From contig QPMI01000551.1 of assembly GCA_004431415.1 (NCBI GenBank), positions 1 to 64,000 of the forward strand: a stretch of DNA of 64,000 nt, written 5' to 3'. The DNA comes from Cyanophora paradoxa CCMP329 (Eukaryota; Plantae; Glaucophyta). Made by a program: the position numbers and the translations under genes. The notes under the pieces are model-generated. The model searched no databases. It was not told the DNA's origin and was given only the letters and a program-made list of their open reading frames with translations. Each line of letters begins with the position of its first letter. The stretch's first letter is position 1. This document shows positions 15,001-26,855 of this stretch, piece by piece.

Positions 15001-18000
15001 TCGACGTCACGGTCCCGTCACCCCGACCATGCCCGTCGCCAGCGTGTTGCCCGACATGTCCACCACGAACTGGTTCCACCTCACGTTCAGCCCGCCGTTC
15101 GCGTTCAGCAGCCCCGTCGACGTCACGGTCCCCGTCACCCCGACCATGCCCGTCGCCAGCGTGTTGCCCGACATGTCCACACGAACTGATTCCACCTCAC
15201 GTTCAGCCGCCGTTCGCGTTCAGCAGCCCCGTCGACGTCACGGTCCCCGTCACCCGACCATGCCCGTCGCCAGCGTGTTGCCCGACATGTCCACCACGAA
15301 CTGTTCCACCTCACGTTCAGCCCGCCGTTCGCGTTCAGCAGCCCCGTCGACGTCACGGTCCCCGTCACCCCGACCATGCCCGTCGCCAGCGTGTTGCCCG
15401 ACATGTCCACCACGAACTGTTCCACCTCACGTTCAGCCCGCCGTTCGCGTTCAGCAGCCCCGTCGACGTCACGGTCCCCGTCACCCCGACCATGCCCGTC
15501 GCCAGCGTGTTGCCGGACATGTCCACCACGAACTGATTCCACCTCACGTTCAGCCCGCCGTTCGCGTTCAGCAGCCCCGTCGACGTCACGGTCCCCGTCA
15601 CCCCGACCATGCCCGTCGCCAGCGTGTTGCCCGACATGTCCACCACGAACTGATTCCACCTCACGTTCAGCCCGCCGTTCGCGTTCAGCAGCCCCGTCGA
15701 CGTCACGGTCCCCGTCACCCCGACCATGCCCGTCGCCAGCGTGTTGCCGGACATGTCCACCACAAACTGGTTCCACCTCACGTTCAGCCGCCGTTCGCGT
15801 TCAGCAGCCCCGTCGACGTCACGGTCCCCGTCACCCCGACCATGCCCGTCGCCAGCGTGTTGCCCGACATGTCCACCACGAACTGTTCCACCTCACGTTC
15901 AGCCCGCCGTTCGCGTTCAGCAGCCCCGTCGACGTCACGGTCCCCGTCACCCCGACCATGCCCGTCGCCAGCGTGTTGCCCGACATGTCCACCACGAACT
16001 GATTCCACCTCACGTTCAGCCCGCCGTTCGCGTTCAGCAGCCCCGTCGACGTCACGGTCCCCGTCACCCCGACCATGCCGGTCGCCAGCGTGTTGCCCGA
16101 CATGTCCACCACGAACTGGTTCCACCTCACGTTCAGCCCGCCGTTCGCGTTCAGCAGCCCCGTCGACGTCACGGTCCCCGTCACCCCGACCATGCCCGTC
16201 GCCAGCGTGTTGCCCGACATGTCCACACGAACTGATTCCACCTCACGTTCAGCCCGCCGTTCGCGTTCAGCAGCCCGTCGACGTCACGGTCCCCGTCACC
16301 CCGACCATGCCGTCGCCAGCGTGTTGCCGACATATCGACACAACTGGTTCCACCTCACGTTCAGCCCGCCGTTCGCGTTCAGCAGCCCCGTCGACGTCAC
16401 GGTCCCCGTCACCCCGACCATGCCCGTCGCCAGCGTGTTGCCCGACATGTCCACCACGAACTGATTCCACCTCACGTTCAGCCCGCCGTTCGCGTTCAGC
16501 AGCCCCGTCGACGTCACGGTCCCGTCACCCCGACCATGCCCGTCGCCAGCGTGTTGCCCGACATGTCCACCACGAACTGATTCCACCTCACGTTCAGCCC
16601 GCCGTTCGCGTTCAGCAGCCCCGTCGACGTCACGGTCCCGTCACCCGACCATGCCGTCGCCAGCGTGTTGCCCGACATGTCCACCACGAACTGTTCCACC
16701 TCACGTTCAGCCCGCCGTTCGCGTTCAGCAGCCCCGTCGACGTCACGGTCCCCGTCACCCCGACCATGCCCGTCGCCAGCGTGTTGCCCGACATGTCAAC
16801 CACGAACTGATTCCACCTCACGTTCAGCCCGCCGTTCGCGTTCAGCAGCCCCGTCGACGTCACGGTCCCCGTCACCCCGACCATGCCCGTCGCCAGCGTG
16901 TTGCCCGACATGTCCACACGAACTGGTTCCACCTCACGTTCAGCCCGCCGTTCGCGTTCAGCAGCCCCGTCGACGTCACGGTCCCCGTCACCCCGACCAT
17001 GCCCGTCGCCAGCGTGTTGCCCGACATGTCCACCACGAACTGATTCCACCTCACGTTCAGCCCGCCGTTCGCGTTCAGCAGCCCCGTCGACGTCACGGTC
17101 CCCGTCACCCCGACCATGCCCGTCGCCAGCGTGTTGCCCGACATGTCAACCACGAACTGATTCCACCTCACGTTCAGCCCGCCGTTCGCGTTCAGCAGCC
17201 CCGTCGACGTCACGGTCCCCGTCACCCCGACCATGCCCGTCGCCAGCGTGTTGCCCGACATGTCCACCACGAACTGATTCCACCTCACGTTCAGCCCGCC
17301 GTTCGCGTTCAGCAGCCCCGTCGACGTCACGGTCCCCGTCACCCCGACCATGCCCGTCGCCAGCGTGTTGCCCGACATGTCCACCACGAACTGATTCCAC
17401 CTCACGTTCAGCCCGCCGTTCGCGTTCAGCAGCCCCGTCGACGTCACGGTCCCCGTCACCCCGACCATGCCCGTCGCCAGCGTGTTGCCCGACATGTCCA
17501 CCACGAACTGGTTCCACCTCACGTTCAGCCCGCCGTTCGCGTTCAGCAGCCCCGTCGACGTCACGGTCCCCGTCACCCCGACCATGCCCGTCGCCAGCGT
17601 GTTGCCCGACATGTCCACCACGAACTGATTCCACCTCACGTTCAGCCGCCGTTCGCGTTCAGCAGCCCCGTCGACGTCACGGTCCCGTCACCCCGACCAT
17701 GCCGTCGCCAGCGTGTTGCCCGACATGTCCACACGAACTGGTTCCACCTCACGTTCAGCCCGCCGTTCGCGTTCAGCAGCCCGTCGACGTCACGGTCCCC
17801 GTCACCCCGACCATGCCCGTCGCCAGCGTGTTGCCGACATGTCACACGAACTGATTCCACCTCACGTTCAGCCCGCCGTTCGCGTTCAGCAGCCCGTCGA
17901 CGTCACGGTCCCCGTCACCCGACCATGCCGTCGCAGGTGTTGCCGAGATATCGATGCTAAGCTGGTTCCACCTCACGTTCAGCCCGCCGTTCGCGTTCAG

Positions 18001-21000
18001 CAGCCCGTCGACGTCACGGTCCCCGTCACCCCGACCATGCCCGTCGCCAGCGTGTTGCCCGACATGTCCACCACGAACTGGTTCCACCTCACGTTCAGCC
18101 CGCCGTTCGCGTTCAGCAGCCCGTCGACGTCACGGTCCCGTCACCCCGACCATGCCCGTCGCCAGCGTGTTGCCCGACATGTCCACACAAACTGTTCCAC
18201 CTCACGTTCAGCCCGCCGTTCGCGTTCAGCAGCCCCGTCGACGTCACGGTCCCGTCACCCCGACCATGCCCGTCGCCAGCGTGTTGCCGACATGTCCACA
18301 CGAACTGGTTCCACCTCACGTTCAGCCCGCCGTTCGCGTTCAGCAGCCCCGTCGACGTCACGGTCCCCGTCACCCCGACCATGCCCGTCGCCAGCGTGTT
18401 GCCCGACATGTCCACCACGAACTGATTCCACCTCACGTTCAGCCCGCCGTTCGCGTTCAGCAGCCCCGTCGACGTCACGGTCCCCGTCACCCCGACCATG
18501 CCCGTCGCCAGCGTGTTGCCCGACATGTCCACCACGAACTGGTTCCACCTCACGTTCAGCCCGCCGTTCGCGTTCAGCAGCCCCGTCGACGTCACGGTCC
18601 CCGTCACCCCGACCATGCCCGTCGCCAGCGTGTTGCCCGACATGTCCACCACGAACTGATTCCACCTCACGTTCAGCCCGCCGTTCGCGTTCAGCAGCCC
18701 CGTCGACGTCACGGTCCCCGTCACCCCGACCATGCCCGTCGCCAGCGTGTTGCCCGACATGTCCACCGCGAACTGGTTCCACCTCACGTTCAGCCCGCCG
18801 TTCGCGTTCAGCAGCCCCGTCGACGTCACGGTCCCCGTCACCCCGACCATGCCCGTCGCCAGCGTGTTGCCCGACATGTCCACCACGAACTGATTCCACC
18901 TCACGTTCAGCCCGCCGTTCGCGTTCAGCAGCCCCGTCGACGTCACGGTCCCCGTCACCCCGACCATGCCCGTCGCCAGCGTGTTGCCCGACATATCGAT
19001 GCTAAGCTGGTTCCACCTCACGTTCAGCCCGCCGTTCGCGTTCAGCAGCCCCGTCGACGTCACGGTCCCCGTCACCCCGACCATGCCCGTCGCCAGCGTG
19101 TTGCCCGACATGTCCACCACGAACTGATTCCACCTCACGTTCAGCCCGCCGTTCGCGTTCAGCAGCCCCGTCGACGTCACGGTCCCCGTCACCCCGACCA
19201 TGCCCGTCGCCAGCGTGTTGCCCGACATGTCCACCACGAACTGGTTCCACCTCACGTTCAGCCCGCCGTTCGCGTTCAGCAGCCCCGTCGACGTCACGGT
19301 CCCGTCACCCCGACCATGCCGTCGCCAGCGTGTTGCCCGACATGTCCACCACGAACTGGTTCCACCTCACGTTCAGCCCGCCGTTCGCGTTCAGCAGCCC
19401 CGTCGACGTCACGGTCCCCGTCACCCCGACCATGCCTGTCGCCAGCGTGTTGCCCGACATGTCCACCACGAACTGATTCCACCTCACGTTCAGCCCGCCG
19501 TTCGCGTTCAGCAGCCCCGTCGACGTCACGGTCCCCGTCACCCCGACCATGCCCGTCGCCAGCGTGTTGCCCGACATGTCCACCACGAACTGGTTCCACC
19601 TCACGTTCAGCCCGCCGTTCGCGTTCAGCAGCCCCGTCGACGTCACGGTCCCCGTCACCCCGACCATGCCCGTCGCCAGCGTGTTGCCCGACATGTCCAC
19701 CACGAACTGATTCCACCTCACGTTCAGCCCGCCGTTCGCGTTCAGCAGCCCGTCGACGTCACGGTCCCCGTCACCCCGACCATGCCCGTCGCCAGCGTGT
19801 TGCCCGACATGTCCACACTGAACTGGTTCCACCTCACGTTCAGCCCGCCGTTCGCGTTCAGCAGCCCCGTCGACGTCACGGTCCCCGTCACCCCGACCAT
19901 GCCCGTCGCCAGCGTGTTGCCCGACATGTCCACCACGAACTGATTCCACCTCACGTTCAGCCCCCGTTCGCGTTCAGCAGCCCCGTCGACGTCACGGTCC
20001 CCGTCACCCCGACCATGCCCGTCGCCAGCGTGTTGCCCGAGATATCGATGCAAGCTGGTTCCACCTCACGTTCAGCCCGCCGTTCGCGTTCAGCAGCCCC
20101 GTCGACGTCACGGTCCCCGTCACCCCGACCATGCCCGTCGCCAGCGTGTTGCCCGACATGTCCACCACGAACTGATTCCACCTCACGTTCAGCCCGCCGT
20201 TCGCGTTCACCAGCCCCGTCGACGTCACGGTCCCCGTCACCCCGACCATGCCCGTCGCCAGCGTGTTGCCCGACATGTCCACCACGAACTGATTCCACCT
20301 CACGTTCAGCCCGCCGTTCGCGTTCAGCAGCCCCGTCGACGTCACGGTCCCCGTCACCCCGACCATGCCCGTCGCCAGCGTGTTGCCCGACATGTCCACC
20401 ACGAACTGATTCCACCTCACGTTCAGCCCGCCGTTCGCGTTCAGCAGCCCCGTCGACGTCACGGTCCCCGTCACCCCGACCATGCCCGTCGCCAGCGTGT
20501 TGCCCGACATGTCCACCACGAACTGTTCCACCTCACGTTCAGCCCGCCGTTCGCGTTCAGCAGCCCGTCGACGTCACGGTCCCGTACCCCGACCATGCCC
20601 GTCGCCAGCGTGTTGCCCGACATGTCCACCACGAACTGATTCCACCTCACGTTCAGCCCGCCGTTCGCGTTCAGCAGCCCCGTCGACGTCACGGTCCCCG
20701 TCACCCGACCATGCCCGTCGCCAGCGTGTTGCCCGACATGTCCACCACGAACTGATTCCACCTCACGTTCAGCCCGCCGTTCGCGTTCAGCAGCCCCGTC
20801 GACGTCACGGTCCCCGTCACCCCGACCATGCCCGTCGCCAGCGTGTTGCCCGACATGTCCACCACGAACTGATTCCACCTCACGTTCAGCCCGCCGTTCG
20901 CGTTCAGCAGCCCCGTCGACGTCACGGTCCCCGTCACCCCGACCATGCCCGTCGCCAGCGTGTTGCCCGACATATCCACCACGAACTGATTCCACCTCAC

Positions 21001-24000
21001 GTTCAGCCCGCCGTTCGCGTTCAGCAGCCCCGTCGACGTCACGGTCCCCGTCACCCCGACCATGCCCGTCGCCAGCGTGTTGCCCGACATGTCCACCACG
21101 AACTGGTTCCACCTCACGTTCAGCCCGCCGTTCGCGTTCAGCAGCCCCGTCGACGTCACGGTCCCCGTCACCCCGACCATGCCCGTCGCCAGCGTGTTGC
21201 CCGACATGTCCACCACGAACTGATTCCACCTCACGTTCAGCCCGCCGTTCGCGTTCAGCAGCCCCGTCGACGTCACGGTCCCGTCACCCCGACCATGCCC
21301 GTCGCCAGCGTGTTGCCCGACATGTCCACCACGAACTGATTCCACCTCACGTTCAGCCCGCCGTTCGCGTTCAGCAGCCCCGTCGACGTCACGGTCCCCG
21401 TCACCCCGACCATGCCCGTCGCCAGCGTGTTGCCCGACATGTCCACCACGAACTGGTTCCACCTCACGTTCAGCCCGCCGTTCGCGTTCAGCAGCCCCGT
21501 CGACGTCACGGTCCCGTCACCCCGACCATGCCCGTCGCCAGCGTGTTGCCCGACATGTCCACCACGAACTGATTCCACCTCACGTTCAGCCCGCCGTTCG
21601 CGTTCAGCAGCCCCGTCGACGTCACGGTCCCCGTCACCCCGACCATGCCCGTCGCCAGCGTGTTGCCCGACATGTCCACCACGAACTGATTCCACCTCAC
21701 GTTCAGCCCGCCGTTCGCGTTCAGCAGCCCCGTCGACGTCACGGTCCCCGTCACCCCGACCATGCCCGTCGCCAGCGTGTTGCCCGACATGTCCACCACG
21801 AACTGGTTCCACCTCACGTTCAGCCCGCCGTTCGCGTTCAGCAGCCCCGTCGACGTCACGGTCCCCGTCACCCCGACCATGCCCGTCGCCAGCGTGTTGC
21901 CCGACATGTCCACCACGAACTGGTTCCACCTCACGTTCAGCCCGCCGTTCGCGTTCAGCAGCCCCGTCGACGTCACGGTCCCCGTCACCCCGACCATGCC
22001 CGTCGCCAGCGTGTTGCCCGACATGTCCACCACGAACTGATTCCACCTCACGTTCAGCCCGCCGTTCGCGTTCAGCAGCCCCGTCGACGTCACGGTCCCC
22101 GTCACCCCGACCATGCCCGTCGCCAGCGTGTTGCCCGACATGTCGACGCTCAGCTGGTTCCACCTCACGTTCAGCCCGCCGTTCGCGTTCAGCAGCCCCG
22201 TCGACGTCACGGTCCCCGTCACCCCGACCATGCCCGTCGCCAGCGTGTTGCCCGACATGTCCACCACGAACTGATTCCACCTCACGTTCAGCCCGCCGTT
22301 CGCGTTCAGCAGCCCCGTCGACGTCACGGTCCCCGTCACCCCGACCATGCCCGTCGCCAGCGTGTTGCCCGACATGTCCACCACGAACTGATTCCACCTC
22401 ACGTTCAGCCCGCCGTTCGCGTTCAGCAGCCCCGTCGACGTCACGGTCCCGTCACCCCGACCATGCCCGTCGCCAGCGTGTTGCCCGACATGTCCACCAC
22501 GAACTGGTTCCACCTCACGTTCAGCCCGCCGTTCGCGTTCAGCAGCCCGTCGACGTCACGGTCCCGTCACCCCGACCATGCCGTCGCCAGCGTGTTGCCC
22601 GACATGTCCACCACGAACTGGTTCCACCTCACGTTCAGCCCGCCGTTCGCGTTCAGCAGCCCCGTCGACGTCACGGTCCCCGTCACCCCGACCATGCCCG
22701 TCGCCAGCGTGTTGCCCGACATGTCCACCACGAACTGGTTCCACCTCACGTTCAGCCCGCCGTTCGCGTTCAGCAGCCCCGTCGACGTCACGGTCCCCGT
22801 CACCCCGACCATGCCGTCGCCAGCGTGTTGCCCGACATGTCCACCACGAACTGGTTCCACCTCACGTTCAGCCCGCCGTTCGCGTTCAGCAGCCCCGTCG
22901 ACGTCACGGTCCCCGTCACCCCGACCATGCCCGTCGCCAGCGTGTTGCCCGACATGTCCACCACGAACTGTTCCACCTCACGTTCAGCCCGCCGTTCGCG
23001 TTCAGCAGCCCCGTCGACGTCACGGTCCCCGTCACCCCGACCATGCCCGTCGCCAGCGTGTTGCCCGACATGTCCACACGAACTGGTTCCACCTCACGTT
23101 CAGCCCGCCGTTCGCGTTCAGCAGCCCCGTCGACGTCACGGTCCCCGTCACCCCGACCATGCCCGTCGCCAGCGTGTTGCCCGACATGTCCACCACGAAC
23201 TGATTCCACCTCACGTTCAGCCCGCCGTTCGCGTTCAGCAGCCCCGTCGACGTCACGGTCCCCGTCACCCCGACCATGCCCGTCGCCAGCGTGTTGCCCG
23301 ACATGTCCACCACGAACTGGTTCCACCTCACGTTCAGCCCGCCGTTCGCGTTCAGCAGCCCCGTCGACGTCACGGTCCCCGTCACCCCGACCATGCCCGT
23401 CGCCAGCGTGTTGCCCGACATGTCCACCACGAACTGGTTCCACCTCACGTTCAGCCCGCCGTTCGCGTTCAGCAGCCCCGTCGACGTCACGGTCCCCGTC
23501 ACCCCGACCATGCCCGTCGCCAGCGTGTTGCCCGACATGTCCACCACGAACTGATTCCACCTCACGTTCAGCCCGCCGTTCGCGTTCAGCAGCCCCGTCG
23601 ACGTCACGGTCCCGTCACCCCGACCATGCCCGTCGCCAGCGTGTTGCCCGACATGTCCACCACGAACTGATTCCACCTCACGTTCAGCCCGCCGTTCGCG
23701 TTCAGCAGCCCCGTCGACGTCACGGTCCCCGTCACCCCGACCATGCCCGTCGCCAGCGTGTTGCCCGACATGTCCACCACGAACTGGTTCCACCTCACGT
23801 TCAGCCCGCCGTTCGCGTTCAGCAGCCCCGTCGACGTCACGGTCCCCGTCACCCGACCATGCCCGTCGCCAGCGTGTTGCCCGACATGTCCACCACGAAC
23901 TGGTTCCACCTCACGTTCAGCCCGCCGTTCGCGTTCAGCAGCCCGTCGACGTCACGGTCCCCGTCACCCCGACATGCCCGTCGCCAGCGTGTTGCCCGAC

Positions 24001-26855
24001 ATGTCCACCACGAACTGGTTCCACCTCACGTTCAGCCCGCCGTTCGCGTTCAGCAGCCCCGTCGACGTCACGGTCCCCGTCACCCCGACCATGCCCGTCG
24101 CCAGCGTGTTGCCCGACATGTCCACCACGAACTGTTCCACCTCACGTTCAGCCCGCCGTTCGCGTTCAGCAGCCCCGTCGACGTCACGGTCCCCGTCACC
24201 CCGACCATGCCCGTCGCCAGCGTGTTGCCCGAGATATCGATGCTAAGCTGGTTCCACCTCACGTTCAGCCCGCCGTTCGCGTTCAGCAGCCCCGTCGACG
24301 TCACGGTCCCCGTCACCCCGACCATGCCCGTCGCCAGCGTGTTGCCCGACATGTCCACCACGAACTGATTCCACCTCACGTTCAGCCCGCCGTTCGCGTT
24401 CAGCAGCCCCGTCGACGTCACGGTCCCCGTCACCCCGACCATGCCCGTCGCCAGCGTGTTGCCCGACATGTCCACCACGAACTGATTCCACCTCACGTTC
24501 AGCCCGCCGTTCGCGTTCAGCAGCCCCGTCGACGTCACGGTCCCCGTCACCCCGACCATGCCCGTCGCCAGCGTGTTGCCCGACATGTCCACCACGAACT
24601 GGTTCCACCTCACGTTCAGCCCGCCGTTCGCGTTCAGCAGCCCCGTCGACGTCACGGTCCCCGTCACCCCGACCATGCCCGTCGCCAGCGTGTTGCCCGA
24701 CATGTCCACCACGAACTGGTTCCACCTCACGTTCAGCCCGCCGTTCGCGTTCAGCAGCCCCGTCGACGTCACGGTCCCCGTCACCCCGACCATGCCCGTC
24801 GCCAGCGTGTTGCCCGACATGTCCACCACGAACTGATTCCACCTCACGTTCAGCCCGCCGTTCGCGTTCAGCAGCCCCGTCGACGTCACGGTCCCCGTCA
24901 CCCCGACCATGCCCGTCGCCAGCGTGTTGCCCGACATGTCCATCACGAACTGGTTCCACCTCACGTTCAGCCCGCCGTTCGCGTTCAGCAGCCCCGTCGA
25001 CGTCACGGTCCCCGTCACCCGACCATGCCCGTCGCCAGCGTGTTGCCCGACATGTCCACACGAACTGATTCCACCTCACGTTCAGCCCGCCGTTCGCGTT
25101 CAGCAGCCCCGTCGACGTCACGGTCCCCGTCACCCCGACCATGCCCGTCGCCAGCGTGTTGCCCGACATGTCCACCACGAACTGGTTCCACCTCACGTTC
25201 AGCCCGCCGTTCGCGTTCAGCAGCCCCGTCGACGTCACGGTCCCCGTCACCCCGACCATGCCCGTCGCCAGCGTGTTGCCCGACATGTCCACCACGAACT
25301 GATTCCACCTCACGTTCAGCCCGCCGTTCGCGTTCAGCAGCCCCGTCGACGTCACGGTCCCCGTCACCCGACCATGCCCGTCGCCAGCGTGTTGCCCGAC
25401 ATGTCCACCACGAACTGATTCCACCTCACGTTCAGCCCGCCGTTCGCGTTCAGCAGCCCCGTCGACGTCACGGTCCCCGTCACCCCGACCATGCCCGTCG
25501 CCAGCGTGTTGCCCGACATGTCCATCACGAACTGGTTCCACCTCACGTTCAGCCCGCCGTTCGCGTTCAGCAGCCCCGTCGACGTCACGGTCCCCGTCAC
25601 CCCGACCATGCCCGTCGCCAGCGTGTTGCCCGACATGTCCACCACGAACTGATTCCACCTCACGTTCAGCCCGCCGTTCGCGTTCAGCAGCCCCGTCGAC
25701 GTCACGGTCCCCGTCACCCCGACCATGCCCGTCGCCAGCGTGTTGCCCGACATGTCCACCACGAACTGATTCCACCTCACGTTCAGCCCGCCGTTCGCGT
25801 TCAGCAGCCCCGTCGACGTCACGGTCCCCGTCACCCCGACCATGCCCGTCGCCAGCGTGTTGCCCGACATGTCCACCACGAACTGATTCCACCTCACGTT
25901 CAGCCCGCCGTTCGCGTTCAGCAGCCCCGTCGACGTCACGGTCCCCGTCACCCCGACCATGCCCGTCGCCAGCGTGTTGCCCGACATGTCCACCACGAAC
26001 TGATTCCACCTCACGTTCAGCCCGCCGTTCGCGTTCAGCAGCCCCGTCGACGTCACGGTCCCCGTCACCCCGACCATGCCCGTCGCCAGCGTGTTGCCCG
26101 ACATGTCCACCACGAACTGATTCCACCTCACGTTCAGCCCGCCGTTCGCGTTCAGCAGCCCCGTCGACGTCACGGTCCCCGTCACCCCGACCATGCCCGT
26201 CGCCAGCGTGTTGCCCGACATGTCCACCACGAACTGATTCCACCTCACGTTCAGCCCGCCGTTCGCGTTCAGCAGCCCCGTCGACGTCACGGTCCCCGTC
26301 ACCCCGACCATGCCCGTCGCCAGCGTGTTGCCCGACATGTCCACCACGAACTGATTCCACCTCACGTTCAGCCCGCCGTTCGCGTTCAGCAGCCCCGTCG
26401 ACGTCACGGTCCCCGTCACCCCGACCATGCCCGTCGCCAGCGTGTTGCCCGACATGTCCACCACGAACTGATTCCACCTCACGTTCAGCCCGCCGTTCGC
26501 GTTCAGCAGCCCCGTCGACGTCACGGTCCCCGTCACCCCGACCATGCCCGTCGCCAGCGTGTTGCCCGACATGTCCACCACGAACTGATTCCACCTCACG
26601 TTCAGCCCGCCGTTCGCGTTCAGCAGCCCCGTCGACGTCACGGTCCCCGTCACCCCGACCATGCCCGTCGCCAGCGTGTTGCCCGAGATATCGATGCTAA
26701 GCTGGTTCCACCTCACGTTCAGCCCGCCGTTCGCGTTCAGCAGCCCCGTCGACGTCACGGTCCCCGTCACCCCGACCATGCCCGTCGCCAGCGTGTTGCC
26801 CGACATGTCCACCACGAACTGATTCCACCTCACGTTCAGCCCGCCGTTCGCGTTG
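1..26855 (-). repeat. Coding tandem array, 117-bp unit x ~230, encoding a 39-aa repeat
   Basis: The + strand unit ccacctcacgttcagcccgccgttcgcgttcagcagccccgtcgacgtcacggtccccgtcaccccgaccatgcccgtcgccagcgtgttgcccgacatgtccaccacgaactg(g/a)tt repeats continuously. The main polymorphism (AAC/AAT, Asn) is synonymous in the minus frame but creates TGA in a + frame. Scattered 1-bp deletions lie mostly in C-runs. Confidence 0.99.

Noticed and set aside
1-26855. CRISPR array, or centromeric/telomeric non-coding satellite
   Set aside because: There are no unique spacers and no cas genes. The unit length is a multiple of 3, variation is synonymous-biased, and the array joins diverged coding units in frame.
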